From assembly GCA_041665545.1 (NCBI GenBank), contig JBAYIQ010000005.1, positions 1 through 58,197 of the forward strand: a stretch of DNA of 58,197 bases, read 5' to 3'. Both the position numbers and the translations under genes were made by a program. Of the stretch, positions 23,504 to 33,300 are shown one piece after another. The notes under the pieces were generated by a model that did no database searches, was not told the DNA's origin, and saw only the letters and a list, made by a program, of their open reading frames with translations. This DNA is from Patescibacteria group bacterium (GTDB lineage Bacteria > Patescibacteriota > Patescibacteriia > UBA1558 > GWA2-36-10). The first letter of the stretch is position 1, and each line of letters begins with the position of its first letter.

Positions 23504-25228
23504 ATGGAACAGTCCGCACACTTCATGCAGTACCTGATCCCCGCGATCATCCTGTTCGTGCTGATCGCCTTTCTGGGTGTGATCCGCCTGGCGGCCAAGA
23601 ACTACATCAAGGTGGCCCCGAACGAGGTGGCCATCATCAGCGGCAGCCGTCACAAGACGACGGTCACGCTGCCCGGCAAGGAGAACGAGCCCCCCACTAC
23701 GGTGGTGCGCGGATACAAGCTGGTCACCGGTGGCGCCTTCTTCAAGGTGCCGATCCGCGATCGGGTCGAGATCATGAAGCTCAATCTGATCCAGATCATT
23801 GTCCAGGTCACCAACGTGCCCGCCCTCAACGGCGTGCGCGTGACGGTCAAGGGCATCGCCAACATCAAGATCCTCTCCGACCAGGCCTCCCTGGCTCTGG
23901 CCGTGGAGCGCTTCCTGGGGAACAACCTCAGCGAAGTGGAACGTGTGGCCAATCAGAACCTGGAGTCCAACCTCCGCGCCGTCGTCGGCACGATGACGGT
24001 CGAGGATCTGATCCGGGACCGGGCACAGCTCCAGGCCCAGATCCTCCGGGAAGCGGTCAGCGACATGTCCAAGATGGGTCTCGGTGTGGACCTGATGAAC
24101 GTCCAGGAGATCACGGACGAGAACGGGTACATCGAGGCCCTGGGCATGGCGCGAACCGCCGAGGTCAAGCGCGACGCAACCATCGGCAAAGCCGAGGCCC
24201 AGCGTGACGCCGACATCCGTTCCGCGGAAGCCGGACGGCTGGGCGAGACGGCCAAGGCCGTGGCTGCACAAGCCATCTCGGATGCGCAGAAGGCCAAGGA
24301 TATCCGCGTTGCCGAGAACGAGAGTCTGGTCAAGGCACAGCAGGCCAGGATCCCGATCATTGCGGAGCAGGCTCGAGCCGAGGAACAGAAGGCGCTCAAC
24401 ATCAAGACCGTCGAGGCCGATCGTGCCAAGACCGAAGCCGAGATCGCCCTGCAGCAAGCGGCTCAGCGCCGGCACGAGGCCGAGCTGAACGCAACTACGA
24501 TCATTCGGGCCACGAAGGACAAGGAGGCCCTAGTCATCGCTGCCGAGGCCAAGGCCCTGGCGGCGGAACGGGAAGGCGAAGCCTACCGCATCCAGCACGA
24601 GATGGAAGGCAAAGGTGACCAGGCCAAGCTGACTGCTGTGGCTCAGGGACGCAAGGAAGCGGCGGCGGCTACCCAGACCGAACTGGAAGCCGCGGCTGCC
24701 GGTAAGAAGGCCGGACTGCTGGCTGACGCCGAGGGTGTCAAGCAGAACGGTCTGGCCAGGGCTGCCGGAGTCGAAGCCGTTGGTGTGGCTGAGGCCACGG
24801 CTTCGGCCAAGAAGGCTGAGGCTTACACCCTGCTTGATGCCAAGGGCATCATGCTCATGCTGCTCCAGCTGTCGCCGGACGTCATCAAGGCGCTCGGCGT
24901 GGCTGTCGGCGACGCCATCAAGCCGTCGGCAGATGCCATCGGACAGGGCCTGGGTAACATCAAGGAACTGCGCATGGTGGATCTGGGTGGCGGTTCGGCT
25001 GGCGGGGCTGGCGGGGGCAATGTCCTCAATCAGTTCGTCAACCAGCCCATCCAGACCTTGTATGGCCTGATCGAACGGATGAAGGCCACGGGCATGGCAC
25101 CGGCGTTCATGAAGCTGGCCAAGGAGAAGCTCGGGCTGGATCTCACGGACGTCTTCGCTGGTGCTCCTACCCAGACGACGTCGGACGACACGCACAAGAA
25201 GGGTGGTGATGACACGGCTACGGCTTAG
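23504..25228 (+). CDS. Flotillin-like SPFH/band-7 protein (YqiK/FloT-like)
   Basis: 574 aa with AAGGAG 7 nt upstream. N-terminal membrane hairpin, an SPFH core (NYIKVAPNEVAIISG...GIANIKI) and a long Ala/Glu/Lys/Arg-rich coiled-coil region. Confidence 0.85.
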   Translation: MEQSAHFMQYLIPAIILFVLIAFLGVIRLAAKNYIKVAPNEVAIISGSRHKTTVTLPGKENEPPTTVVRGYKLVTGGAFFKVPIRDRVEIMKLNLIQIIVQVTNVPALNGVRVTVKGIANIKILSDQASLALAVERFLGNNLSEVERVANQNLESNLRAVVGTMTVEDLIRDRAQLQAQILREAVSDMSKMGLGVDLMNVQEITDENGYIEALGMARTAEVKRDATIGKAEAQRDADIRSAEAGRLGETAKAVAAQAISDAQKAKDIRVAENESLVKAQQARIPIIAEQARAEEQKALNIKTVEADRAKTEAEIALQQAAQRRHEAELNATTIIRATKDKEALVIAAEAKALAAEREGEAYRIQHEMEGKGDQAKLTAVAQGRKEAAAATQTELEAAAAGKKAGLLADAEGVKQNGLARAAGVEAVGVAEATASAKKAEAYTLLDAKGIMLMLLQLSPDVIKALGVAVGDAIKPSADAIGQGLGNIKELRMVDLGGGSAGGAGGGNVLNQFVNQPIQTLYGLIERMKATGMAPAFMKLAKEKLGLDLTDVFAGAPTQTTSDDTHKKGGDDTATA

Positions 25229-25280
25229 TAGAACTGACTGTCTCTGACGGTCTGAACTCTGAGCCAAAGCTTTCATAGAG

Positions 25281-25352
25281 GGGAGGCGGTGCTACACAGC
25301 ACCGCCTCCCACTCCAAAACAAGAGGGATCTTTCGTAACCCCTCTTTTTTTA
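25281..25352 (+). terminator. Tandem hairpins/terminator after the flotillin gene
   Basis: 13-bp stem GGGAGGCGGTGCT-ACAC-AGCACCGCCTCCC, then AGAGGG...CCCTCT followed by a T-run. Confidence 0.65.
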
Positions 25353-25400
25353 TTTTTTAACCAAAATAAAAAGGGTACTCCCTAATTACACTGTCAACAC

Positions 25401-25456
25401 AAAAAGACCCTGCACCGGAGCCACGTAAGTGGCGACTGGTACAGGGTCGATTTTTT
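25401..25456. terminator. Bidirectional terminator (serves ORF 25463..26422)
   Basis: Long imperfect stem GACCCTGCACCGG / CTGGTACAGGGTC flanked by A5 and T6. Confidence 0.55.
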
Positions 25457-25462
25457 ATACTT

Positions 25463-26422
25463 TTATTTTACTGGCACTGGTGGCGCCACTTGAACTGGCG
25501 AACCATCCTTATTGAAGGCCTGCACTTTTTGAGTCAAACACTGATAGCCAATACCATGTGGCCAGCGCGTGTCATAATAATAAGCCATGTCTTTGTTTTG
25601 AGTGTTGGCTGAAGCGTCAGTCAAAAAAGTAGTGCACAATTCATACTCCCGATCGCCTTTGACCTGGTATTTAAAAATTTCTTGAGTCTTGGGGTTTTTT
25701 AATAAATCATCACTAATATATGTGTACTCTGCTTTTAGGGCGTTAAAATCCGCTGGTAATTTTTTATATGTTTGATAATAATTATTTAAATCCTGATCAA
25801 TCTGATAAAAATTATTAGTAACCCTTTGATCAATCTGTCTGTTTCTAGCTACTTGAGGAGATTCTACTATAAACAGCGAAGCCACAAAAGTGACAATAAT
25901 CACTGCCAGTGAAGCAAAAAAGTATATTTTTATAACACTGTCTTTATAGCCAGCAGTTTTTTCCCGTCTAATATCATAAAAATAAAAGGAAAAAACAATG
26001 CCCGAAATAACCAGAGTGGTTAAAGATTTGAGAATAATTTGAGTAGTCAAAGCGCCGTTTAAAAAATTGACCAGAATAGCAATCAGAGAGCCAATCATTA
26101 CTAAAAAGGCAATGAAGATGATTAAATAAGTCAACCATTTGCGCACGCCTGATTCTTTGTCTAGCTCGCCTTTGTACAAACTGCCATAAATAAACTTATT
26201 GCAAAAATAATAAGTTGGTGTGGCAATCACTAGTGAGGCGATAGCAAACTTTAAGATATCCGAAGAAAAAGCCGCATTGTTTTGACTCAAAATATCAACA
26301 ATATATTTGTTGATCAATTGAAAAATTATTTGTCCAACGTTGACGGACACGAAGCCCAAAGCCACCAACGCTAACAAATAAAGAAACGCAAACTTCGCTG
26401 AATTGTTTTTTGTGTTATCCAT
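25463..26422 (-). CDS. Hypothetical polytopic membrane protein with a C-terminal soluble domain
   Basis: 319 aa with about six TM helices, followed by a Cys-containing tail (ELCTTF...GYQCL). Confidence 0.5.
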   Translation of the reverse strand: MDNTKNNSAKFAFLYLLALVALGFVSVNVGQIIFQLINKYIVDILSQNNAAFSSDILKFAIASLVIATPTYYFCNKFIYGSLYKGELDKESGVRKWLTYLIIFIAFLVMIGSLIAILVNFLNGALTTQIILKSLTTLVISGIVFSFYFYDIRREKTAGYKDSVIKIYFFASLAVIIVTFVASLFIVESPQVARNRQIDQRVTNNFYQIDQDLNNYYQTYKKLPADFNALKAEYTYISDDLLKNPKTQEIFKYQVKGDREYELCTTFLTDASANTQNKDMAYYYDTRWPHGIGYQCLTQKVQAFNKDGSPVQVAPPVPVK

Positions 26423-26481
26423 ATTTTTTGGTTAATTATTAATAAAGTTAAAAAATCATAAAAATAAATCGCAAAAAAATA

Positions 26482-27219
26482 TTAATCAGGTTGAGCGACT
26501 CCCCCTAAATTAGCATGTAAATTCATAAAGTACTCGTGTACAACAATAATAGACACAAATACAGCAAAACGAAATATAAGATCAAATATTGAAAAATTAA
26601 CACCCGAAATATATATTGATAAAAATGATGTGCTCGGCCACAACCAATTATTATAAACAACTAACACCGCTTGCATAATAATAAATACTAAGGAAAAAAA
26701 AGCAGCAGTCGATAAAGATTGCTTTAACAAGTCTTTTTGCCAAGAAATAATAATTGCCGCTGGCAATATAAAAAAAGGAACAAAAATAAGATAACTGCTA
26801 AACTTAAAAAAATATGGATACGCAAAGCACAGGGCTAAAACAGTAATCAATAAAAAAATGTAAAGGGAAAATAAATAGTGAAAACGATCCGAAATATCAC
26901 CAACCTGCTCGTGTTTCACAAAATATTTATAAAAAGAAATGACCCATAAAACTGTAAAAAAAGTGAAAAGTAAATTTGTCATGGCCAAAGGAGCCGCTGG
27001 AATCCGCCAATCACCACTGCTAACAAAACGACTAGCCAGTGCTATCAAGGGAGTAATGAGCGCTGTTACAATCAAGGAAAACAAAAAAACCTTGGCGCGA
27101 GCAATGCTTAGCCAAAAAAAATTTACTAATGTCGGTGGTACAAGCACCAAAGCAACCGCCATGTAATAATTGAGATTAAAAAAGACAATGCCTATGGCCG
27201 CCACAATGGTATAGGCCAT
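26482..27219 (-). CDS. Hypothetical polytopic membrane protein
   Basis: 245-aa hydrophobic ORF. Confidence 0.5.
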   Translation of the reverse strand: MAYTIVAAIGIVFFNLNYYMAVALVLVPPTLVNFFWLSIARAKVFLFSLIVTALITPLIALASRFVSSGDWRIPAAPLAMTNLLFTFFTVLWVISFYKYFVKHEQVGDISDRFHYLFSLYIFLLITVLALCFAYPYFFKFSSYLIFVPFFILPAAIIISWQKDLLKQSLSTAAFFSLVFIIMQAVLVVYNNWLWPSTSFLSIYISGVNFSIFDLIFRFAVFVSIIVVHEYFMNLHANLGGVAQPD

Positions 27220-27292
27220 TAAACAACTAATTTTTACCGTTGCTTTATTAATGTTGATAATATTATTGAAAATTATTAATAAAATTTATTGA

Positions 27293-27805
27293 TCAAGAAA
27301 CTACACCACTCAGCAATCCTTTCAAAAAAACTGAATCAAAAATCGCGCTTGTTATATATATATTATAAATATAGTGCAAGAGCACGGCCCCCATCAGGCC
27401 AAAAACAACATATTTTCTTTTTTCTAACCCAGACATTACCATCAATAAAACAGTAGAAAAATGCATGGGTAGAGGCCATAAAAATCTGGCTAAAAAAAGA
27501 TCATAATCACCCGCTCTAATAAATCCTTCCAAATAAAAAATATTTTCCCAAATACCAAAAATTAGGCCAAAGAAAAAACCCATTAACATTTTTCGGTTCG
27601 AACCAACAAGCTTTAAAATAAAAAAATAAACCACCAAGACCTTGCCTAATTCCTCAAAAACTATTGACCACGAAGGTGCCATTTTCCCCAAAAAAATCAA
27701 CAAAAGCGGTAAAAATGTAGCAAAGATAATTATCAACAATAACGAATTTTTATCGCCATCACCCAGTATTCCTTCTTTGGCTACTTGATCATTTTTCATT
27801 ACCAA
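27293..27805 (-). CDS. PrsW-like intramembrane protease, paralogue 1
   Basis: 170 aa with the motifs FEELGKVLVV, GIWENIFYLE, WPLPMHFSTV and LLHYIYN. This is the EE..K / EN..Y / H pattern I associate with the PrsW family. Confidence 0.55.
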   Translation of the reverse strand: MVMKNDQVAKEGILGDGDKNSLLLIIIFATFLPLLLIFLGKMAPSWSIVFEELGKVLVVYFFILKLVGSNRKMLMGFFFGLIFGIWENIFYLEGFIRAGDYDLFLARFLWPLPMHFSTVLLMVMSGLEKRKYVVFGLMGAVLLHYIYNIYITSAIFDSVFLKGLLSGVVS

Positions 27806-27826
27806 GTTTTTTTTAATAATAATATA

Positions 27827-28642
27827 TTATAGTATAGCACCAGGAGAAAAAACTACATACAAATATAGGCCAATAAATAAAATAGCATAAGCCAAGATAA
27901 TGGCCACATAGACCCAAGGTTTATAACCTTTGTGTTCCAGCTTGCTGTGGCCTTTGATTTTGAGTAGATTATTATATAACTGATAAGTATAGATGATAAT
28001 AAAAATACCAAAAAAGAAATCAAAAATAGAACTAACAAAATCTTGCAGTGCTTGATTTTTTATTATACTCATCAGCAAGCTGAATAAAAATAAAGGTACA
28101 AATAGGGCCAACAAACGCAAAGCCACTGCGCTCCAATAGCCCGTCACTAGCTCTTTGCTTCTTTTTACAGCTGTATAGCCGTGATAATTTTCCAAGAAAA
28201 ATACCCACATTACTAGTGAATAAAATATCAGAAAAATAAATCCGGGAACTACCAATAATATCAGCCACAACATAAGCATCAAGCCCGCCCAAAATAAAGT
28301 CAAGGAATAATTCCAAAAATATTTACCAGCTGATCGCCAAACATCTTTGACACTAGTTATATCTTTACTAACCATCAAATAAACGGCGATATTGATGCGA
28401 AAAGAAATATATAAAAGCGGTATGGCCATCAATAATGCTAGTAAAGTATTGATCACTGTAAAGTTAGGGTCATTTCTAAAAATAACAGCAATTATTGCTA
28501 ACAAAATAGCGACTAATAAGGATGGAAGAAGACCAAGCAAGGCCATTCGAATTATTGTCTTTATCTTTTCTTTGTACATTGCCCAAGAGCTTATAAACAG
28601 CTCATTGACTGGCAACAATGGTGTCATTTTTTCTGCGTCCAT
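27827..28642 (-). CDS. Hypothetical polytopic membrane protein
   Basis: 271-aa hydrophobic ORF. Confidence 0.5.
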   Translation of the reverse strand: MDAEKMTPLLPVNELFISSWAMYKEKIKTIIRMALLGLLPSLLVAILLAIIAVIFRNDPNFTVINTLLALLMAIPLLYISFRINIAVYLMVSKDITSVKDVWRSAGKYFWNYSLTLFWAGLMLMLWLILLVVPGFIFLIFYSLVMWVFFLENYHGYTAVKRSKELVTGYWSAVALRLLALFVPLFLFSLLMSIIKNQALQDFVSSIFDFFFGIFIIIYTYQLYNNLLKIKGHSKLEHKGYKPWVYVAIILAYAILFIGLYLYVVFSPGAIL

Positions 28643-28647
28643 AAAAT

Positions 28648-28824
28648 TTATTTATTATTGCAAGGTGTTGTTGGCTGAGAAGCACTCGGATTGCCGTGTT
28701 TAACCCACTGGCCTTTGGTACAAAGCCAAGTGTCCTCATCGCCACGCAACCACATCAAACCAGCTAACAAAAAAGCGGCCACTAAAAAAATGATAATAAT
28801 GATAAAAAATTTTGGTGGTTTCAT
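28648..28824 (-). CDS. Small membrane-anchored protein (58 aa), absent from the ORF track
   Basis: Hand translation: MKPPKFFIIIIIFLVAAFLLAGLMWLRGDEDTWLCTKGQWVKHGNPSASQPTTPCNNK*. One TM helix and two Cys in the exposed tail. It fills the gap between two genes on the same strand. Confidence 0.45.
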   Translation of the reverse strand: MKPPKFFIIIIIFLVAAFLLAGLMWLRGDEDTWLCTKGQWVKHGNPSASQPTTPCNNK

Positions 28825-28853
28825 ATAATGTTAATTAAATTTATTTGACCAAA

Positions 28854-29312
28854 TTAAAGCCAAAAAACAAAATAATTATTATAAAAAAAGTGAATCGCCA
28901 TAGTAATTATCATTGCTATTATAATCCAACGCCTATCGCGCCAAGCCAGCAATAACATAAAATAAACCGTCAGCAGATGCATCAAAGTCGGCCAGAAAAA
29001 ACGCCATAAATATAAACTAACAGAATTTTGTTGGGCAAAGTTTAAAAAATAAAAAATGTTTTCGGACATGGCAAAAACTAAAACAAAAACTAAAGCGCCC
29101 CAAACTCTCTGTCCTCCTTGACCAAATTTTAATACCATATAAACCACTACCAAACCCTTAGCGACTTCTTCAATTAATGCTGGATAAGGTAATAGTATCT
29201 TTTCAACAAACAATAATAACAAGGGTAATAATAAGCCAATCAATGCTAAAAAAGTAAAATAACGACTATTGTCTAGGGGCTCTGTTACTAACTTTTTTGT
29301 TACTGTCACCAT
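28854..29312 (-). CDS. PrsW-like intramembrane protease, paralogue 2
   Basis: 152 aa with the motifs LIEEVAKGLVV, AMSENIFYFLNF, WPTLMHLLTV and AIHFFYN. Confidence 0.55.
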   Translation of the reverse strand: MVTVTKKLVTEPLDNSRYFTFLALIGLLLPLLLLFVEKILLPYPALIEEVAKGLVVVYMVLKFGQGGQRVWGALVFVLVFAMSENIFYFLNFAQQNSVSLYLWRFFWPTLMHLLTVYFMLLLAWRDRRWIIIAMIITMAIHFFYNNYFVFWL

Positions 29313-29317
29313 GCTTA

Positions 29318-30307
29318 TTAATTACTCTGACTTTTGTTATTGACAAAATTATAAGTGTCCTTAGAAATTAAAGAAATCAAATCTTTGGCTTTGGCTAACT
29401 CAATATTGGAAGTCATGACGCAAATAAAATATGGATTAACCGCATGATAAACAACGCCACAGTCGTGCAAAGCATCCAATCTTTCCCCATATTTATGAGC
29501 TATCTGGACTTCCCAGGGAATCTTGGCTGACAACAAACTTTCTGCTCTAGTATCGGTTGTTAAAGACAATAAATATTCTGAATTATCTGGTGTTAAAAAA
29601 GTGGAATAATATAAAGACTTAAATAATCGGCTATACTCGCGCGGAGTAACATATTGATTGGAATTTTCTGAGATATATGGATTATTGATACCGACATGAG
29701 TAAAGACGGCGTTTAACTCCTCTGGTTGCAATTGCCTTTTCAAAATATTTTTAGCCGTGTTGTCAGATACCTTGAGCATCAGTTTCAACAACTCACTGAC
29801 TGTATAAGATTCATTAACAGTGAAGCGCTCTGGCACGCCAGCGCTTTTGTCAATATCTTCCGCCTTAACCGGCAACTTGTCATCCAAGTTAAGTTGTTTG
29901 TTCTCAATTTTTTTCATGACAGACATGGCAATGGGAATCTTCAATAAGCTAGCTGGAAAAAAATTATCTTTTTCATTGATACCCATCCACGAGCCAGTGT
30001 TGATATCTTGAATATAAATACCTAATTTTTGACTGGGACTCAAAATACTTAAATTTTTCTCCAACTGACTTTTTAAGTCAACAAAATGCAACAATATTTT
30101 ATCTGTCTCTATATTACTATCGATTGGCACCAGCTCAATTTTTTTACTAAGCAAACTATGACTAGCTAACCATTCAGTATTTTTTTTATCTAGTTCAGTT
30201 ATTTTGCTACCACTTTTATAATTGAAAAAAAATAAAATATTAGCTAAAAAAGATAACACCAAAAGCGCAATCAATATGTAAATTTTCTTAACCATAATTT
30301 TTTTCAT
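29318..30307 (-). CDS. Class-A-beta-lactamase-like serine hydrolase, membrane-anchored
   Basis: I took the start at the ATG (MKKIMVKK...); the track start at 30313 is a TTG. N-terminal anchor, SxxK (ASLLK), SDN (KVSDNTA) and a K[TY]G-like HKYGE. Confidence 0.6.
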   Translation of the reverse strand: MKKIMVKKIYILIALLVLSFLANILFFFNYKSGSKITELDKKNTEWLASHSLLSKKIELVPIDSNIETDKILLHFVDLKSQLEKNLSILSPSQKLGIYIQDINTGSWMGINEKDNFFPASLLKIPIAMSVMKKIENKQLNLDDKLPVKAEDIDKSAGVPERFTVNESYTVSELLKLMLKVSDNTAKNILKRQLQPEELNAVFTHVGINNPYISENSNQYVTPREYSRLFKSLYYSTFLTPDNSEYLLSLTTDTRAESLLSAKIPWEVQIAHKYGERLDALHDCGVVYHAVNPYFICVMTSNIELAKAKDLISLISKDTYNFVNNKSQSN

Positions 30308-30313
30308 TAACAA

Positions 30314-33300
30314 CTATTTTAGTTCTTCAGCATATTCAGCAAACACCCAGCCAACTTTATTTTCAGTTAAAGCTATTTGATACCAGCCAAATTTTTCTAA
30401 ACCCTGAGCCGCCACTTGACTAAGCAAGTCGTATTTTTCTCCGGCACTTACTTTGGCCACAACGGCTGTTTCTTTGGAAGCTTCCTGCCTGACATTGAGC
30501 CAACCAGTTGGTGTATCTTTAATAATAACTTGTTTCTTCATTAAAATATCTTCCGTAGCGGGTACTGTGCTACTAGAAGTGGAACTGGCACTTTCTGAAC
30601 CAAAACTAAAAGCCATATTATTATCAGCTAAAACAGGAATATTATCAAGCTTATTGACGTCAGTTTCAGAGGCGACGGTCACATTGTTGGCTGACCTAAG
30701 TTCGTCAGTCTTAATATATTTTGATAAATTTTGTCTAATATTAGCCAAAATACCATATTTATCAACTAACAAATACAAAACTATAAAAATCAAAACAAAA
30801 GTAATAAGCCAGACTTTATTTTGTCTGATATTTTTGAACAAGCGAGTAAAAAATTGCTTAATATAGATTAAAAAACTTGTCGATACTTTGGCCTTTGCTT
30901 CGACGCTAGCTATATTGGCTGGACTATTTTTGCTAACTGCTGCTTTCTTCTTTTTTCTGCGCCCACCAGAGGAATTCATTTTTTCCATATCAAGCGGCTT
31001 GCCAGTCAAAATATGCGACTGCAAGGCCATCTGACCATTGGCTATGGCTACTTGATGCTTCCACATGGAGAACAAGATGGTCACTAACAAACCAAAGCCG
31101 GTGACAAAAGCAATAATGATCCCCCACACCGAAATGGTCTGTATACCACCCAAGGCTCCCAAAAATCCGCGAGAGGCATCAGCTTGGCTCAATAGTGACT
31201 TCAATTCATCCAATTCTGTCTGCACACTAATAAAACTTTCTTTATTTTCTCGATAAGTCATAATTTTATCTTGCGGGGAGGCAGTATTTTCTTTTTGAGT
31301 ACGCAGAATTTTTTCTACTTTGCTATCAATATCATTTTTGAGTAATAAAGCTTGAGAAGAAAGTTGATTTTTTTCTAATTTCTTATAAAAATCATTGGCC
31401 TGCGTCTTGGCTATAGTCAAATCATTTTCAGCAATCTGCCAAATATCTCGCATTTTAATAAATTTTTTGACCGAAGCACCCGGAGCCAATTCAATCTCGC
31501 CAGCCGCATACAAAGTATCTAGCTGAACATCGTACTGAATATTGAAACCGCCATCATCCATAATGTGCTCTACTTTAGCTTCCTTTGGAAGATAAATCTT
31601 GAATGGCACTTTTTGAGCAGTCTTGGCTGGATTGGAAAGCATGATGTTCAAATCCACTGAACCAGAGGTGTACCAAGTGCTGACTATCGGAGCCGTGGCC
31701 TGCTGAACCACTTGACGCTGAACAGTGGTGACGGCTTTGTAGTCGGCTAATTTATTACGCACATATTTTATATCCGTCATATTCTCCTGCGAGATGGACA
31801 GTATTGAACTCAAAGTATCGCTATCCAGACGGCCCAGTTTGGTATTGATGTTCTGAATGGAGTTGGAGATGGTACCCATGGCTGTGAACATCTCCTCGGG
31901 CTTCACATTGTAAACATTGGTATTGTTGGTGGTACTACTGCCGGAGCCAACTTCAATATTATCAATACTTGTTTCTAGAGTAGCGATGCTAGCTTCAATA
32001 TTATCTAGTTGAGTTTTGATTAAAGCAATATCTGCCTTGATCAAAGTCACGTCGTCCTTGATGCCAGCCACATCGGACTGGATGGTGCTGATCTTAGTCA
32101 CTGGTACGGCTAATGTTTTTAAAATAGTAAAAGCGTCACTGCTAGCTGGCGCAAAGGGAAGATCTGGTTCTACTGTAATGGCTTTGGTTGTACCATTATA
32201 ATCATCTATTCTTCTGGCTACACCACTGTTTTGGCCAGAAGTAAAAGTCAGCAGTGCGTGAGCATATAAATCATTGACAGCGCTGGTAAGATTTGTGCCA
32301 AATAAAGAAATTGTCGGGCTAACTTCGGCTGTAGAAACAGCGGAGCGAATGGCAATCAAATCATTGGACAACAAATCAACTGAGTTACTCACCGCGTCTA
32401 TACTATTACCCAGTGTCGTTTCAGTGGACTGCAAATCAGATAATGTGGCTAGCGACCCACTGTCTAAATCCGCTCCTGATAAATAACGACCACTGTAGGC
32501 CCAAATAGAAGCCGCGTCCAAAGTAGCAGTATTTGAAGTCTGGGCCAAAATAGTAAAGGTGTCAGCATTGGCAGGAGCCAGAGCCAAAGCAGGATCGACC
32601 GTGATCGCCTTGGTGGTGCCATTGTAGCCCATAATCCTTCTCGCCTGACCAATATTTAAACCCGAGGTGAACAATAAGATATTATTTTTATAAAAATCAT
32701 TAGTGGCATTAGTCAAGGCAGTAGCAAATACTGTGGTTGATGGCGCCAAATCATTCACTGAAGTTTCCGAAACAATCAAGGCATTGATAATTTTATCTAG
32801 CTTAGTGCTGTTGACGCTAATAGCACTAGCCAAAACTGTTTCCGTATCTTGAATATCTGACAAAGTAGCTAAAGAACCAGAGTCTAAAGTGGCACCTGAT
32901 AAATACCTGTCGCCATAGGTCCAGATAGCGGCCGCATCAACTGCCGAGTTGGCTGTCTGCGCTAAAATAGTAAAGGTATCGGCATTAACCGGAGCTAAAG
33001 ATAAAGCTGGCGAAACAGTAACCTGTTTGCTAGCCCCGACATAATCGGTAATACGACGCGCTTGACCAGCGTTGACGCCAGAAGTAAAAACCAAGACACC
33101 GTTGTTATAAAAATCATTACTGTTGCTGGTCAAAGTTGTAATAAATTGATTATCTGAAGCGCCGGCATCATTGACCACTTTTTGTTCCACTATTAAATTA
33201 TTAATCAGCGTATTTAATTGTCCGCTCAAAGTACTTTCGGTAGATTGTATATTTGACAAAGTGGCTAAAGATCCGGAGTCTAAAGCGGCGCCTGACAAAT

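Noticed and set aside
22825-25276. Large minus-strand ORFs (22825..23598, 23426..24475, 24530..25276 and smaller ones) opposite the NfeD-like and flotillin genes
   Set aside because: These are shadow ORFs typical of high-GC coding sequence. Their translations are Arg/Gly/Leu/Asp-rich and low in information. They have no SD, and the plus-strand products have recognisable families.
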